Notes: generated from the sequence alone by a model not told the origin. Counted from the stretch's first letter, positions 1 through 13,195 are shown. The stretch is 42,024 bases of DNA from Chlorokybus atmophyticus (GCA_009103225.1 RHPI01002116.1:1-42024); one strand, 5' to 3'. Translations and numbers: made by a program.

Positions 1-3000
1 GTCTTGGTCTTCGCTTCAGTGAGCCCAAACTTGGTGACGAGTCTTCTCACCATCTGCTCCTGACTGATCTTGATTGTGCGTGCAGTCCTGTCGCGCTCAA
101 TCACCATGCCAAGGAACCACTTGGCCTCTCCAAGATCACGAACTGAGAATGCTTATTGTAGAGCAAGTTTCGTCTCCTGCAGGTGGTGCACCTGCCAGGC
201 GGTGATGATGATATCATCAACATACACGAGCAGCCAGACCTTGTTGTCTGCATGGATGAAGAGCCCAGGGTCTGCAGAGGATGCGGTGAAGCCAAGTGCC
301 TCCAGCTCCTTGGTGAGCTTGATGTGCCACATACGCGGTGCCTGTCGCAGCCCGTACAGTGCCTTGATCAGCTTGCACGCTGTGCCTCTCTCCCCTTCTT
401 CATATCCAGGTGGTTGCTCGATGAAGATCTCCTCCTCCAGCTCTCCGTAGAGGAAGGCAGTCTTCACATCCAGGTGATGCAGCTCTAGGTCTTCAGCAGC
501 AACCATAGCTAGCAGTGCACGGAAGGTGGTATGCTTACTTGCAGGTGCAAACACTTCGTTGAAGTCCACACCTTCCTGCTGCAAGAAGCCCTTTGCCACC
601 AGTCTTGCCTTGTAGCGCTCAATGTTGCCCTGACCATCACGCTTCACCTTGAAGACCCATTTCACTGGAATGGTCTTCACTCCTTGCGGTAACTGCTCCA
701 GTGACCAAGTGTTGTTGGCATGGAGTGACGCAATCTCCTCGTCCATAGCACGCTGCCATTGCTCCGCATCTGGTGCTAACAATGCCTCCTCGTAGGTGCT
801 TGGCTCCTCATTCTGCACACTGGCGACGTGTGCCTTGTGTAGGAAGTCAGGTGCCTTTCTCTCCCTCACTGGGTATCTCCGAGCTGCGTGCTCCTGCTGC
901 AGGTGCGACTGCTTGTCTGCTACAGTGGAGTCCTGCTCACCCTTATCGTCGATGATGGCCTTGCCTGTAGCCTCCACTGTTTCAGGATGCTCCGGCTGTG
1001 CTTCATCTTCAGGAAAGAAGCCTGCTTCTGGTTGTGATAATCCCTCGTGGAAAACCACCTCTCTGCTCACGATGATCTTCTGAGTGTCCTCGAGCAAGAT
1101 CCTGTAAGCCTTGGAACCCGGTTCATAGCCAACGAAGATGCCCTTCTTGCTGACCGGCTCCAGCTTGTGCCTGAGCTGTTTAGGCACTAGTGCATATGCC
1201 GTGCATCCAAACACACGCATACCACTCACATCTGGTGTGGCTCCATAGAAGTGCTCCCACGGAGTCTTCTGCTCTGAGCTCACCGGAGACCTGTTGCGGA
1301 TGTAGTTGGCAGTGAGTACCGCCTCCTTCCACAAACTGTCTTCCATCTTTGTGTCGTTGAGCATGGCTCGAACACGCTCCAAGAGTGTCCTGTTGAGGCG
1401 TTCAGCTGCTCCATTCTGCTGCGGGGTGTAGGGTGCCGTTGTCTCGTGGCGTATGCCCTTGCTGGCGAAGAACTCCTTCAACTCCTTGTTGATGTACTCC
1501 CCTCCTCGATCACTCCTCATTGCCTTCATCTTGTTGCCAGACTGGGTCTCCAACAAGGCCACGACTGTGCGCACAGCTCCAGCAACTTCTGACTTGAGCG
1601 TCAATGGAAAGATGATGGACAGCTTGCTGTAGTCGTCGAGGAATGTAGCAAAGTACCTGGCCCCTCCCTTCGCCACAATGCGCATAGGGCCACAGACATC
1701 CATGTGCACAAGCTCGCAAGGATGCTGACTGCTAGAAGAGGATGATGGGAATGGCATAGCATGCTGCTTTGCAACCAGGCATGGTTCACAAAGTGCACCT
1801 GATGCATTCTTGAGTTCTTCTGTGCTGAGATGGATGCCCTTGACCATCTTCTCAGCGACAAGGCGAGTGAGGTTGACGTAGCTGAGATGCCCGAACCTTC
1901 GATGCCACAATGTTGGCGACTCCTTGTCCTTCACCACCATGGCTTGAATGTCTCTGTCTTGAGGCTGCTCCACGTGGTAGAGCCCTCCCGGATCAGCGAT
2001 TCCAACCATGTGCACGACCCCATCAAGGATGACAGTGCAGCCACCCTTCCGAAATAGGATCTCCGCGCCTAAGCGCTCCGCAACCCTCACAGAGAATAGA
2101 CTCGCAATAGCCTTAGGAACATGCAGGACGTTGCGTAACAACACCTCGCGTAGTGTGTTACCAACCTTGCACTGGAGTCGTACGTTGCCAACTCCCTCAG
2201 CCACCAGTACTTCGCCACCGAAGCCCGCCACCTTGATTGTGGACGTCAGCTTCCTGTAGCCCTCCATCACCTCCTTGTTTGGTGTGAGATGACGATCGCA
2301 GCCAGAGTCCACCACCCAGAAAGCTGTGCCCGCCCTCGAACTGGATGCAGTGAAGGCGACATGTTTCTCCTTGTGTTGGTGCTCGTTGCCGCTGTTGCTG
2401 GTGCTTGCTCTAGGTTGCCCCTGTTGTTTCTTCCTACAGTCCTTCACAATGTGCCCCTTCCAACCACACCAGTGGCATGTGAGGTCTTTGTGACGAGGAT
2501 TGCCTGGCTTGTTGCCCTTGTACTTCTCTTCATGGTTGCTCTTCTTTGCGTGCTTGCCGCTGTAGAAGGCGATGGCATCCGCTTGCTCGTCCTTCTTCAC
2601 AACCCTCTGCTCCACGGTGAGCAGCTTCGGTAGCACATCGTCCAACGTCAACTCCGATGATGACGTCTCCAGCAGGGTTGCGACGACCTCGTACTCTGCT
2701 GGTAGCCCTGCAACAACAGCCAGCACAACCTCCGTCTCCCCCATGTTGTGGCCGACGTTGATGAGGTCCGCCCACAGCTCTCTTGCGCGCGCAACATACT
2801 TCATGATGGGTTCTGCTGCCTCCTTCCTGAGTGCGCTGAGCTGCTTGCGTAGATGCAACTTTCTTGCATTGTCCTTGGCTCTGAAAACGGCTGATAGCTT
2901 TTCCCAAGCTTGTCTACCATCTTCACATGCAGTGAGCATGGGAAAGTGATGCGGTTTGCAATTCAACACAAGCAAAGAGTGTGCTTCCGCTGCATGCTCT

Positions 3001-3161
3001 GACCACATAGTGTTCGCTCCTGGTATTGGTGGTGGTGCCTTCGGATCAACGTACTTCCACACCTTCTTGTGGATGAGCAAGGCCTTCATCTCAACGCACC
3101 ATGTGTTGTAGTTGTCGGTGTCCAACTTTGCAATCTGCCCCTTGTCGTAGGTCACCTCCAT
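1..3161 (-). pseudogene. pol: Copia gag-pol polyprotein of copy A, premature stop in RT
   Basis: CHWCGWKGHIVKDC knuckle, WVVDSGC protease, HMDVCG/RSDRGGE/AAERLN integrase, YVDD RT. TAA at 153-155 where intact copies have CAA. Confidence 0.93.
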
Positions 3162-3276
3162 TTCTGTCGTGCCTGCCTTTTCTTACAGTTGACACCCAAG
3201 GCTCTGCTACCAACAAGCTACCGTAGTGTAGAACCACTATGCACACAAGCTAGTCTCACACTCCTCAAGCGTAGTG

Positions 3277-3289
3277 TGGGCCCATAACC
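3277..3289 (-). promoter_or_regulatory. Copia primer-binding site GGTTATGGGCCCA (half-tRNA-iMet type); also at 6910-6922, 18198-18210 and 20424-20436
   Basis: Abuts the LTR CA in all four copies. Complementary to the initiator-tRNA anticodon stem-loop, as known for Drosophila copia and Volvox Osser. Confidence 0.88.
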
Positions 3290-3711
3290 TGTTGAAGGAC
3301 TAGCATACACATGTAGTCGAGGCAAGCATAGACTTAGAGACAGAGCTACCGCCACCAGAGCATACACAAGTCACATCACATTCATCTATTACAAGTTGTC
3401 CGCTGGTTCTTGTACCAGCCAGTAACACACACGTCTACGTTTGCAAGCACTGCGTAAGCTATACTCCGCTTTTTTACGCGCTCTAAGCTGCGTTGTCTTT
3501 CTTACAACCAGAGCTTTCCAACAAGCTCTTACACGCCTAATATGAGTAAGTATACGCGGAGATACGAAGCAATTAGTAAGGCTCCAGTCTGGAGTCCGGA
3601 GTCTGGTCCGACGACGCCATCTTGCTAAGTCCGGACCTAGTGCTCGTCCTTACGACCTTCTACTCCTGTGCGAGGGTCGATGCTGATCGTATGTAGGAAC
3701 GCCTCTCGACA
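3290..3711 (-). repeat. 5' LTR of Copia copy A (422 bp, TG...CA)
   Basis: Aligns to the other six LTRs of the family. Its outer end is variant (TGTCGAGAGGCG vs TGTTGAGAGTA). Confidence 0.93.
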
Positions 3712-3946
3712 GATGCTGTATTGAGTGCTAACCAATTAAACCATTGGCAACAAGCCTTAAACGCTTCACAAGGCCTTGTAACCTGTGTGAAACACGCACA
3801 TGCACCTGTTCAAAGCGCGCGACGGACAGTGCAAGCAGACAGTGCGAAGCACACCCTGCCAACCAGATCACTTGAGCAGCTTTGCGAGCTCAAGCATAGT
3901 TGATACCCACGACAGGCTACGGGTTGCTGATCTCAAGTGCGTATCA

Positions 3947-4615
3947 TGTCATGCCAGCGGTCCATGAGGGGCCAACTTCCTCGAGGATGCCTACAGCCAA
4001 GCATCATTCCCGCGCTACCGGCATCACAGCACTTCCCCATCAGCTATGCCTACAGTCAGGCATAAACCCTGGCTACCAGCATGGGTCCCGCGCGACGCTG
4101 AGCAGTTGTGAGTCAGTCCTCGTAAGTACCCAGTATAGCCGAACTAGCTGATCCGTTGTGAGGTGACTTAGGTCTGATCTAGGTCATTTCGTAAACTAGC
4201 CGTTATCTTAGAACTGAACAGTTGTCACTTGACTATAAAGGCTTAGGACTTAGCCTCTGTACATTGATGACACTGTAAGTGAGAATTGAGAGACTTAGAA
4301 TAACGAAGTATGGATGTTGATCTTCGGAGTGCGTTGCACTTGCTCTCTAGAGGTTGTGGCTTGATGTGACTGCACCACCTCGACGCCCCGATTGCCAAGA
4401 CACATCTACACGTGAAAGAATGCAGCGTATGCACACGGGCATTGCTTGTCACTTGATGTGATTGTGATTGCGTGGGTGCGCGTTGTGTAGTCCGCATCAG
4501 AGTGTGGTATCTACCGGTTGCCGCATTCATACACCTGACTTAACAGTGGAATTGTCTTGACCTCATGCAAGGAACTGTATAAGCAGCACTACCTCTAGTA
4601 GTGGCTTGTTGACTT
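3947..4615 (+). repeat. Terminal repeat B1 (660 bp plus a 9-bp overlap with the start of repeat A)
   Basis: About 95% identical to 29115-29784 (about 32 differences by eye). Confidence 0.95.
4234..4239 (+). promoter_or_regulatory. Putative TATA box (TATAAA) of the Gypsy-like element
   Basis: Conserved in B2 at 29403-29408. Lies about 30 nt upstream of the putative self-primer sequence at 4266. Confidence 0.55.
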
Positions 4616-4626
4616 ACAGTGTCATC
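4612..4626 (+). promoter_or_regulatory. Putative self-priming PBS/U5 site ACTTACAGTGTCATC, the perfect reverse complement of 4266-4280
   Basis: The complementarity is directly visible. The site straddles the ...TTACA end at 4618. No tRNA-type TGG PBS is present. Confidence 0.7.
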
Positions 4627-4820
4627 CTCCTTGTACAAGTGAGTGTCGTGCATCAGCGTGTGTTGCATCTTGGCAGCAACGGTGGTTGCATCAGTGTCGT
4701 GTTATCATTGTCAGCACATAGTGCATTTCCAAGCACTAGTGTGTTGAGTGGTAGCATTGGGGAGCACTAGTAGAGTACACACTCTGCCTCGCTCTCTTCG
4801 TCGCTCACCGTGCAACCTGC

Positions 4821-6487
4821 ATGAGTGAGTCCCCAGCAGGCAGAGAGTCCACCCAACGTTATGGGCTTTCCCCTGTTGCGGAGGAGACCACCAGCAACTT
4901 TGACAACTGGTTGGGCTCAAACCTATCTTACGGGCGGTTCGGCGAAGAAGAGGGCGGCGACAATATCGACATCCCTCAGTCTTCCCCAACACCCCGTTGC
5001 AGACATACTCAGTCTCATCATTGAGTTGAAAGCTTCATTGATCAGCTCGACAGCGACGACATGGAGGCATCCGGCGCCACTCGTGGTCTTACCTTCTCCG
5101 GACGTCCTGGCACAACACCACTAGACGAATGGATCATCAAGTTCACCTCCAGCATAAGCTACCATGCGATCAAGACTCCCAACTCGTCAGATGTTATGTC
5201 TTTTCGCATGGCTGCAACCTGCTTAGACCACAAGGCACATGAGGTGTATAGGTCAGTTGCTGCACAGCATGAGATTGGAGGGTACGGAGTTCTGGCCGGC
5301 ACCGGAGCTCTGCCCATGGACACATCAACTCCTGGCGTCCCTGTCACGCCTATTGTTCCAGCTGCCCCACTGCAAGGCCCTACTCTTACTGAAGCTTTGG
5401 CCGCAGCACAGTTGACAGCTGAAGCAGACATACCAGCAGTTGATCCTGCATTGGTCGACCGCGAGTTGGCGGCAGCGCAGCAAGCACGCCGTTCTCAGGT
5501 GCAACTTTTGGCGTTCAGACTAATGGCGGAGCAACAAACTGCACTCGAGGAGGCACAAGCACGACAACGTGCCCCCGTACCTGATACTCCAGTTCAGACA
5601 AAGACTCAGGGGACCCGAGACACATCTGCCGGCAGTACTCTGTCGCTAGGCTCGGTCAGCATGCGAGAACCCGCGCTCACCGTCAGGGTGGACCGCACCC
5701 TGTCACCGTTACAGGACTTGTACCTGACGCTCCGGCGCACATTTCCACCACAAACCAGTCAGAAGGTGGAGGAGTTGCGTCACTTCAGGCGCAAAACAGG
5801 GGAGGACCCTCTACGCACTTACACCCGGATGGTCAAGCTGCTGAAGGACACCAACTACAGAATCCTCAGCGACGAAGCTGCCGCCGTGGTGTTTGTCAGC
5901 CAACTAGAGCCTCCCCTGAACAGGACGGTGGACAACGCTCGCAACAATACCCGATCACAAGGGTATTCGCTGCTTCAGGCCTTTTAAAAACTTAAAGCTC
6001 AGGCCATCCATGACCGCCAGGTGTGGATGAGAGCAGTGTTGGATATGAACTCTGGTCCTTCACGTGCTCCTGCCTCTGCTCCAGACCCCAGCCGACGTGA
6101 CCGCAAGTCTTACACCACCAGCACACCCAAACCTCCTGCAAAGTCAGCTCACGCTGCACTCCCTGCCCCTATTGGCTGCCACAGGTGTGGACGTCACGGC
6201 CACTACCAAAGGGACTGCACAGAGGAGTACGCGAACCTGGTGTGCGACCACTGCCACAAGAACGGACACTTGGAGGCAGTCTGCAACGCCAAGCACCCTG
6301 AGCTGAGATCCTCAGGCAGCTACGAGGGCAGCAGCGGTTACAGCAACAACGGCAACAAGGGCAAGGAGTCAGCCAACAACGGTTATCGGGGGAAGAACAA
6401 CCCTCCAAAACAAAAACAGAACCACCAAAGTGGACCCAAGGCAGGCAACGCCGCCCACAAGGCGCCTGTCGCAGAAGACACAGAGGT
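4821..6487 (+). pseudogene. gag: Gag of the Gypsy-like element (segment 1), two CCHC zinc knuckles
   Basis: ATG at 4821 is in frame with the 5061 and 6021 ORFs across stops at 5022-5024 and 5985-5987. CHRCGRHGHYQRDC and CDHCHKNGHLEAVC. Confidence 0.85.
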
Positions 6488-9400
6488 TGTTGAGAGTATT
6501 CCTACATACGATCAGCATCGACCCTCCACACAGGAGTAGAAGGTCGTAAGGACGAGCACTAGGTCCGGACTTAGCAAGATGGCGTCGTCGGACCAGACTC
6601 CGGACTCCAGACTGGAGCCTTACTAACTGCTTCGTATCTCCGCGTATACTTACTCATATTAGGCGTGTAAGAGCTTGTTGGAAAGCTCTGGTTGTAAGAA
6701 AGACAACGCAGCTTTGAGCGCGTAAAAAAGCGGAGTATAGCTTACGCAGTGCTTGCAAACGTAGACGTGTGTGTTACTGGCTGGTATAAGAACCAGCGGA
6801 CAACTTGTAATAGATGAATGTGATGTGACTTGTGTATGCTCTGGTGGCGGTAGCTCTGTCTCTGTGTCTATGCTTGCCTCGACTACATGTGTATGCTAGT
6901 CCTTCAACAGGTTATGGGCCCACACTACGCTTGAGGAGTGTGAGACTAGCTTGTGTGCATAGTGGTTCTACACTACGGTAGCTTGTTGGTAGCAGAGCCT
7001 TGGGTGTCAACTGCAAGAAAAGGCAGGCACGACAGAAATGGAGGTGACCTACGACAAGGGGCACATTGCAAAGCTGAACACCGACAACTACAACACATGG
7101 TGCGTTGAGATGAAGGCCTTGCTCATCCACAAGAAGGTGTGGAAGTACGTTGATCCGAAGGCACCACCACCAACACCAGGAGCGAACACTGTGTGGTCAG
7201 AGCATTCAGCAGAAGCACACTCTTTGCTTGTGTTGAACAGCAAACCGCATCACTTTCCCATGCTCACTGCATGTGAAGATGGTAGACAAGCTTGGGAAAA
7301 GCTATCAGCCGTTTTCAGAGCCAAGAACAATGCCAGAAAGTTGCATCTACGCAAGCAGCTCAGCGCACTCAGGAAGGAGGCAGCAGAACCCATCACAAAG
7401 TATGTTGCGCGCGCGAGAGAGCTGTGGGCGGACCTCATCAACGTCGGCCACAACATGGGGGAGACGGAGGTAGTGCTGGCCATTGTTGCAGGGCTACCAG
7501 CAGAGTACGAGGTCGTCGCAACCCTGCTGGAGACGTCATCATCGGAGTTGACGTTGGACGATGTGCTACCGAAGCTGCTCACCGTGGAGCAGAGGGTTGT
7601 GAAGAAGGACGAGCAAGCGGATGCCGTCGCCTTCTACACCGGCAAGCACGCAAAGAAGAGCAACCATGAAGAGAAGTACAAGGGCAACAAGCCAGGTAAT
7701 CCTCGTCACAAAGACCTCACATGCCACTGGTGTGGTTGGAAGGGGCACATTGTGAAGAACTGTAGGAAGAAACAACAGGAGCAACCTAGAGCAAGCACCA
7801 GCAACAGCGGCAACGAGCACCAACACAAGGAGAAACATGTCGTCTTCACTGCATCCAGTTCGAGGGCGGGCACAGCTTTCTGGGTGGTGGACTCTGGCTG
7901 CGATCGGCATCTCACACCAAACAAAAAGATGATGGAGGGCTACAGGAAGCTGACGTCCACAATCAAGGTGGCGGGCTTCGGTGGTGAAGGACTGCTGGCT
8001 GAGGGAGTTGGCAACGTACGACTCCAGTGCAAGGTTGGTAACACACTACGCGAGGTGTTGTTATGCAACGTCCTGCATGTCCCTAAGGCTATTGCGAGTC
8101 TATTCTATGTGAGGGTTGCGGAGCGCTTAGGTGCGGAGATCCTATTTCGGAAGGGTGGCTGCACAGTCATCCTTAATGGGGTCGTGCACATGGTTGGAAT
8201 CACTGATCCGGGAGGGCTCTACCACGTGGAGCAGCACCCTAAGAACATTGACATTCAAGCCATGGTGGTGAAGGACAAGGAGTCGCCAACATTGTGGCAT
8301 CGAAGGTTCGGGCATCTCAGCTACGTCAACCTCACTCGCCTTGTCGCTGAGAAGATGGTCAAGGGCATCCATCTCAGCACAGAAGAACTCAAGAATGCAT
8401 CAGGTGCACTTTGTGAACCATGCCTGGTTGCAAAGCAGCATGCTATGCCATTCCCGTCATCCTCTTCTACCAGTTAGCATCCTTGCGAGCTTGTGCACAT
8501 GGATGTCTGTGGACCTATGCGCATTGTGGCGAAGGGAGGGGCCAGGTACTTTGCTACATTCCTCGACGACTACAGCAAGCTGTCCATCATCTTTCCATTG
8601 ACGCTCAAGTCAGAAGTTGCTGGAGCTGTGCGCACAGTTGTGGCCTTGTTGGAGACGCAATCTAGCAACAAGATGAAGGCAATGAGGAGTGACCGAGGAG
8701 GGGAGTACATCAACAAGGAGTTGAAGGAGTTCTTTGCCAGCAAGGGCATACGCCACAAGACAACGGCACCCTACACCCCGCAGCAAAATGGAGCAGCTGA
8801 ACGCCTCAACAGGACACTCTTGGAGCGTGTTCGAGCCATGCTCAACAACACAAAGATGGAAGACAGTCTGTGGAAGGAGGCGGTACTCACTGCCAACTAC
8901 ATCCGCAACAGGTCACCGGTGAGCTCAGAGCAGAAGACTCCGTGGGAGCACTTCTATAGAGCCCACCAGATGTGAGTGGTATGCGTGTGTTTGGATGCAC
9001 AGCATATGCACTAGTGCCTAAACAGCTCAGGCACAAGCTGGAGCCGGTCAGCAAGAAGGGCATCTTCGTTGGCTATGAACCGGGTTCCAAGGCTTACAGG
9101 ATCTTGCTCGAGGACACTCAGAAGATCATTGTGAGCAGAGAGGTGGTTTTCCACGAGGGATTATCACAATCAGAAGCAGGCTTCTTTCCTGAAGATGAAG
9201 CACAGCCGAAGCATCCTGAAACAGTGGAGGCTACAGGCAAGGCCATCATCGACGATCAGGGCGAGCAGGACTCTATTGTAGCAGACAAGCAGTCGCACCT
9301 GCAGCAGGAGCACGCAGCTCGGAGATACCTAATGAGGGAGAGAAAGGCACCAGACTTTCTACACAAGGCACACGTCGCCAGTGTGCACAATGAGGAGCCA

Positions 9401-11389
9401 AGCACCTATGAGGAGGCATTGTTAGCACCCGATGCGGAGCAATGGCAACGTGCTATGGACGAGGAGATTACGTCACTCCATGCCAACAACACTTGGTCAC
9501 TGGAGCAGTTACCGCAAGGAGTGAAGACCATTCCAGTGAAATGGGTCTTCAAGGTGAAGCGTGATGGTCATGGCAACATTGAGCGCTACAAGGCAAGACT
9601 GGTGGCAAAGGGCTTCTTGCAGCAGGAAGGTGTGGACTTCAACGAAGTGTTTGCAGTTGCAAGTAAGCATACCACGTTCCGTGCATTGCTAGCTATGGTT
9701 GCTGCTGAAGACCTAGAGCTGCATCACCTGGATGTGAAGACTGCCTTCCTCTACGGAGAGCTAGAGGAGGAGATCTTCATCGAGCAACCACCTGGATATG
9801 AAGAAAGAGAGAGAGGCACAGCGTGTAAGCTGATCAAGGCACTGTACGGGCTGCGACATGCACCGCGTATGTGGCACATCAAGCTCACTAAGGAGCTGGA
9901 GGCACTTGGCTTCACCGCATCCTCTGCAGACCCTGGGCTCTTCATCCATGCAGACAACAAGGTCTGGCTGCTCGTGTATGTTGATGACATCATCACCGCC
10001 AGGCAGGTGCACCACCTGCAAGAGACGAAACTTGCTCTACAGCAAGCATTCTCAGTTCGTGATCTTGGAGAGGCCAAGTGGTTCCTTGGCATTGTGATTG
10101 AGTGCGACAGAGCTGCTCGCACAATCAAGATCAGTCAGGAGCAGATGGTGAGCAGACTCGTCACCAAGTTCGGGCTCACTGAAGCGAAGACTAAGACCAC
10201 ACCGTTGGCACTTGGCATTGCCCTTATCAAGGCAAAGGATGATGACGTACTCGACAAGGCTCTGTATCCATATGGTGAGCTGGTAGGCAGCATGCTCTAT
10301 CTGGCAGTGTGCACACGTCCCGATGTTGCACATGCTGTGGGAGTACTTGCTCGCTACATGTCATCCCGAGCATGGAGCACCGGAGAGCAGCAAAGGGAGT
10401 ACTACGGTATGTTGCTGGGAGCGCAACAGTTGGCATCAAGTTTGGGAGCGGGAGCACTGAGTTGGAGGGCTACTGCGACTCGGACTTTGCTGGTGACCTC
10501 AACAGCAGGAGGTCCACTACAGGCTACGTCTTCAAGCTGAACGGAGGCGTGGTGAGCTGGAATAGCAGGCTGCAGCCAACAACAGCAGCATCTACATCAG
10601 AGGCTGAGTACATGGCAGCGGCAGCAGCAGTGAAGGAGGCACTCTGGCTTCGCAAGCTCATGGCAGACTTGGAGCACCCCATGGCGTGCATCGTCATCAA
10701 CTGTGACAACCAAGGAGCCATCAAGTTATTCAAGCACCCTATCGCCTCGGCAAGAACGAAGCACATTGATGTCATGCATCACTTTGTGCGTGACAGAGTC
10801 ACAAGAAAGGAGGTGGAGTTCCAGTACAGCAACACCGAGGGCATGCTGGCGGACTTCATGACAAAGCCATTGTCACCGCTCAAGTTCAAGACTTGTTGCG
10901 CAGGACTTGGCATCTGTGTTTGACTACAGGAGCAAGCGTTGGAGGTCAAGCTGCTCGCGTGGGAGTGTTGAGAGTATTCCTACATACGATCAGCATCGAC
11001 CCTCCATACAGGAGTAGAAGGTCGTAAGGACGAGCACTAGGTCCGGACTTAGCAAGATGGCGTCGTCGGACCAGATTCCGGACTCCAGACAGGAGCCTTA
11101 CTAACTGCTTCGTATCTCCGCGTATACTTACTCATATTAGGCGTGTAAGAGCTGGTTGGAAAGCTCTAGTTGTAAGAAAGACAACGCAGCTTAGAGCGCG
11201 GAAAAAGGCTGAGTATAGCTTACGCAGTGCTTGCAAACATAGACGTGTGTGTAACTGGCTGGTATAAGAACCAGCGGACAACTTGTAATAGATGAATGTG
11301 ATGTGACTTGTGTATGCTCTGGTGGCGGTAGCTCTGTCTCTGTGTGTCTATGCTTGCCTCAACTACATGTGTATGCTAGTCCTTCAACA
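6488..11389 (+). mobile_element. Ty1/Copia copy B, full-length but decayed; TSD GAGGT
   Basis: LTRs at 6488-6909 and 10966-11389 (about 12 substitutions and one 2-bp indel). GAGGT at 6483-6487 and 11390-11394. Confidence 0.97.
7038..10923 (+). pseudogene. pol: Copia gag-pol of copy B, disrupted
   Basis: TAG at 8475-8477 (CAG in intact copies); frameshifts near 8960 and 10365; all domains recognisable, ending in RNase H (YCDSDFAG). Confidence 0.95.
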
Positions 11390-11394
11390 GAGGT

Positions 11395-12733
11395 GGTTGC
11401 TGCCCTCACATCACGGATGGATGAGCTTCACGCAATGCCGAAGGGCAAGCAGGATGAATACCGCGCGTGCTACACGGCGCGCTGGGCAACAATGGCAGCC
11501 AAGCGTAAGGCAGTCGCCACGCCCGCGCGCATACAGCCACCACGGCGAGCCCGAGGAGACGCCGGGCCATCCGCCATAGGGGAAGCAGCTGGGTCTGCAA
11601 GTCAAGCGGCAACAACAGCAGCGACCACCGCAGCATCATCACTAGCTGCCACCACTGGGGCCTCAAGATCATTATCTGCGTCCGCGGCAGAACCTGCGGA
11701 TCTCACCGTCTCAACTGCCACGCAAGCGGCCACGGCAGCAACTGCCGGTGCGGTCAACGAAGGGCTCGCGGCAACCATCGCTGCGACCTCCGCCGTCCTC
11801 GCTGCCGAGTCGATGACAGCAGCTTCACCAGCAGCAACCATCGCCGCTGTCAACACAACTGCGCAGCCCATTAGTACTGTGGCTACCGCCCAGTACTGTA
11901 TCGGTGCTTTGGAAATAACCATGGCTGGACCATCGACGTGCACCGCGGCTGCCACAGGAGCAGGGCCCTTCACGTCCACGACAGCAGAGGCAGCCTCAAC
12001 CGGCGCAGTTGACGTGCCAACAGCAGTGCGCCCGCCCGTTCAGGGGCCGATCCAAACAGCGGCTGGCATGCCTATCACCCCGGCTTATGCAGGAGGTGAT
12101 CAGTTCATGTAGCGCGTTGCCGAGGACGCTCTGCTATATGGTGTCGATGATGTCCCTCTCCACCGTCAAGAGCTGGGTCACGACTTTCGCAACCCTCGCA
12201 TCACTGATGAGACCCTCACCATGTTCTGGGATCTGTACAACCGTCATCGGTTGGCTTCAGAGCACCCAGTCTTGCTGGAACCACCCAACCAAGAGCCATC
12301 CAACCTAAACCACTTCGACAACTTGGACCCACAGGTGGTTCAACTGTTTCGAGCATTTGCTGCGCGCCCGCTGGGCGACGATCCCGAGCTGAACACGTGC
12401 TCATGGCGTGAGCAATGCCGTCGCTTCTACGCACTGGATCGGGCTCGCCAATTTCGTGAGCAGCCAGAACAAGTGGTCCGCTGCCGCGAGCGGGACTACT
12501 ATGAAGATGTGCAGCGAGACATAGACGAAGCGCCACTTGGAGTCATTATCAACGACACCCGCGCTGAAGCACATGGCAACATTTGGGTGAACAGGCCGCA
12601 GTATCCCACCAATGAGGACAGGGAGCGCATTAGACTTGCTCAGACGAGGGCGTTGAGCAGGTATTTTAGGGGGGAAATCGCCGCTCTCATCGTCAACATG
12701 ATCAATACGTGGCCAGCAAATCAGTGTCAACTA
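11395..12733 (+). pseudogene. Gypsy polyprotein segment 2: Ala/Thr-rich linker plus unknown domain
   Basis: Frame continues across TSD GAGGT (AEDTEV|VAALTSRM). The 12221 ORF is in the same frame past TAG at 12110-12112. Confidence 0.75.
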
Positions 12734-13190
12734 TGTTGACATACACACGTGCAAGTGACACGCCAACAACATCAACACAAGAGTATGACTGCTATTGCCG
12801 CCATAGCATATGCACACATGCTACATCGTGACCTCTCATCTTCATTGCAACAAGTCTGGGCTTTATACCCCGCCAGTCTCTACACACGTCCACATTGGCA
12901 AGCACCGCGTGCGCTATACTCAGCCGATTGCTGTTCTGTAAGCTACGCTGTCTAGCTCACAACCAGAGCTTTTCAACAAGCTAAGCCACGTCTGCTAAGC
13001 TTACGTATCCACAAAGCTACGCGATTTCTCCCAAGGCTCTACCAAGCAGCCTGGTCCGGAGTCCGTCATGACTCGACCGTCTTGCTAAGTCTGGAGTCCA
13101 CGCGCTTCTTCCTGGTACCTTCGACCCTCGACTCCTGTATGAAGGGCAAGCTGACCGGACACAAGCATCACCCATGTAATACCTTCAACA
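12734..13190 (-). mobile_element. Solo LTR (457 bp) of a second, related Copia family; TSD AACTA
   Basis: TG...CA ends; AACTA at 12729-12733 and 13191-13195. Shares blocks with the Copia LTR (GACTTAGCAAGA, GCTTGTTGAAAAGCTCTGGTTGT, GCTGAGTATAGC, GGTATAA). Confidence 0.9.
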
Positions 13191-13195
13191 AACTA

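Larger units (their letters stand above)
1..3711 (-). mobile_element. Ty1/Copia LTR retrotransposon copy A (3' part cut by window edge)
   Basis: Gag-PR-IN-RT domain order on the minus strand; PBS at 3277-3289; 5' LTR at 3290-3711; near-identical to copies B, C and D. Confidence 0.97.

Noticed and set aside
3712-3946. Continuation of the phospholipase pseudogene on the far side of the nest
   Set aside because: Splice-like signals exist, but no frame gave recognisable DDHD-family motifs.
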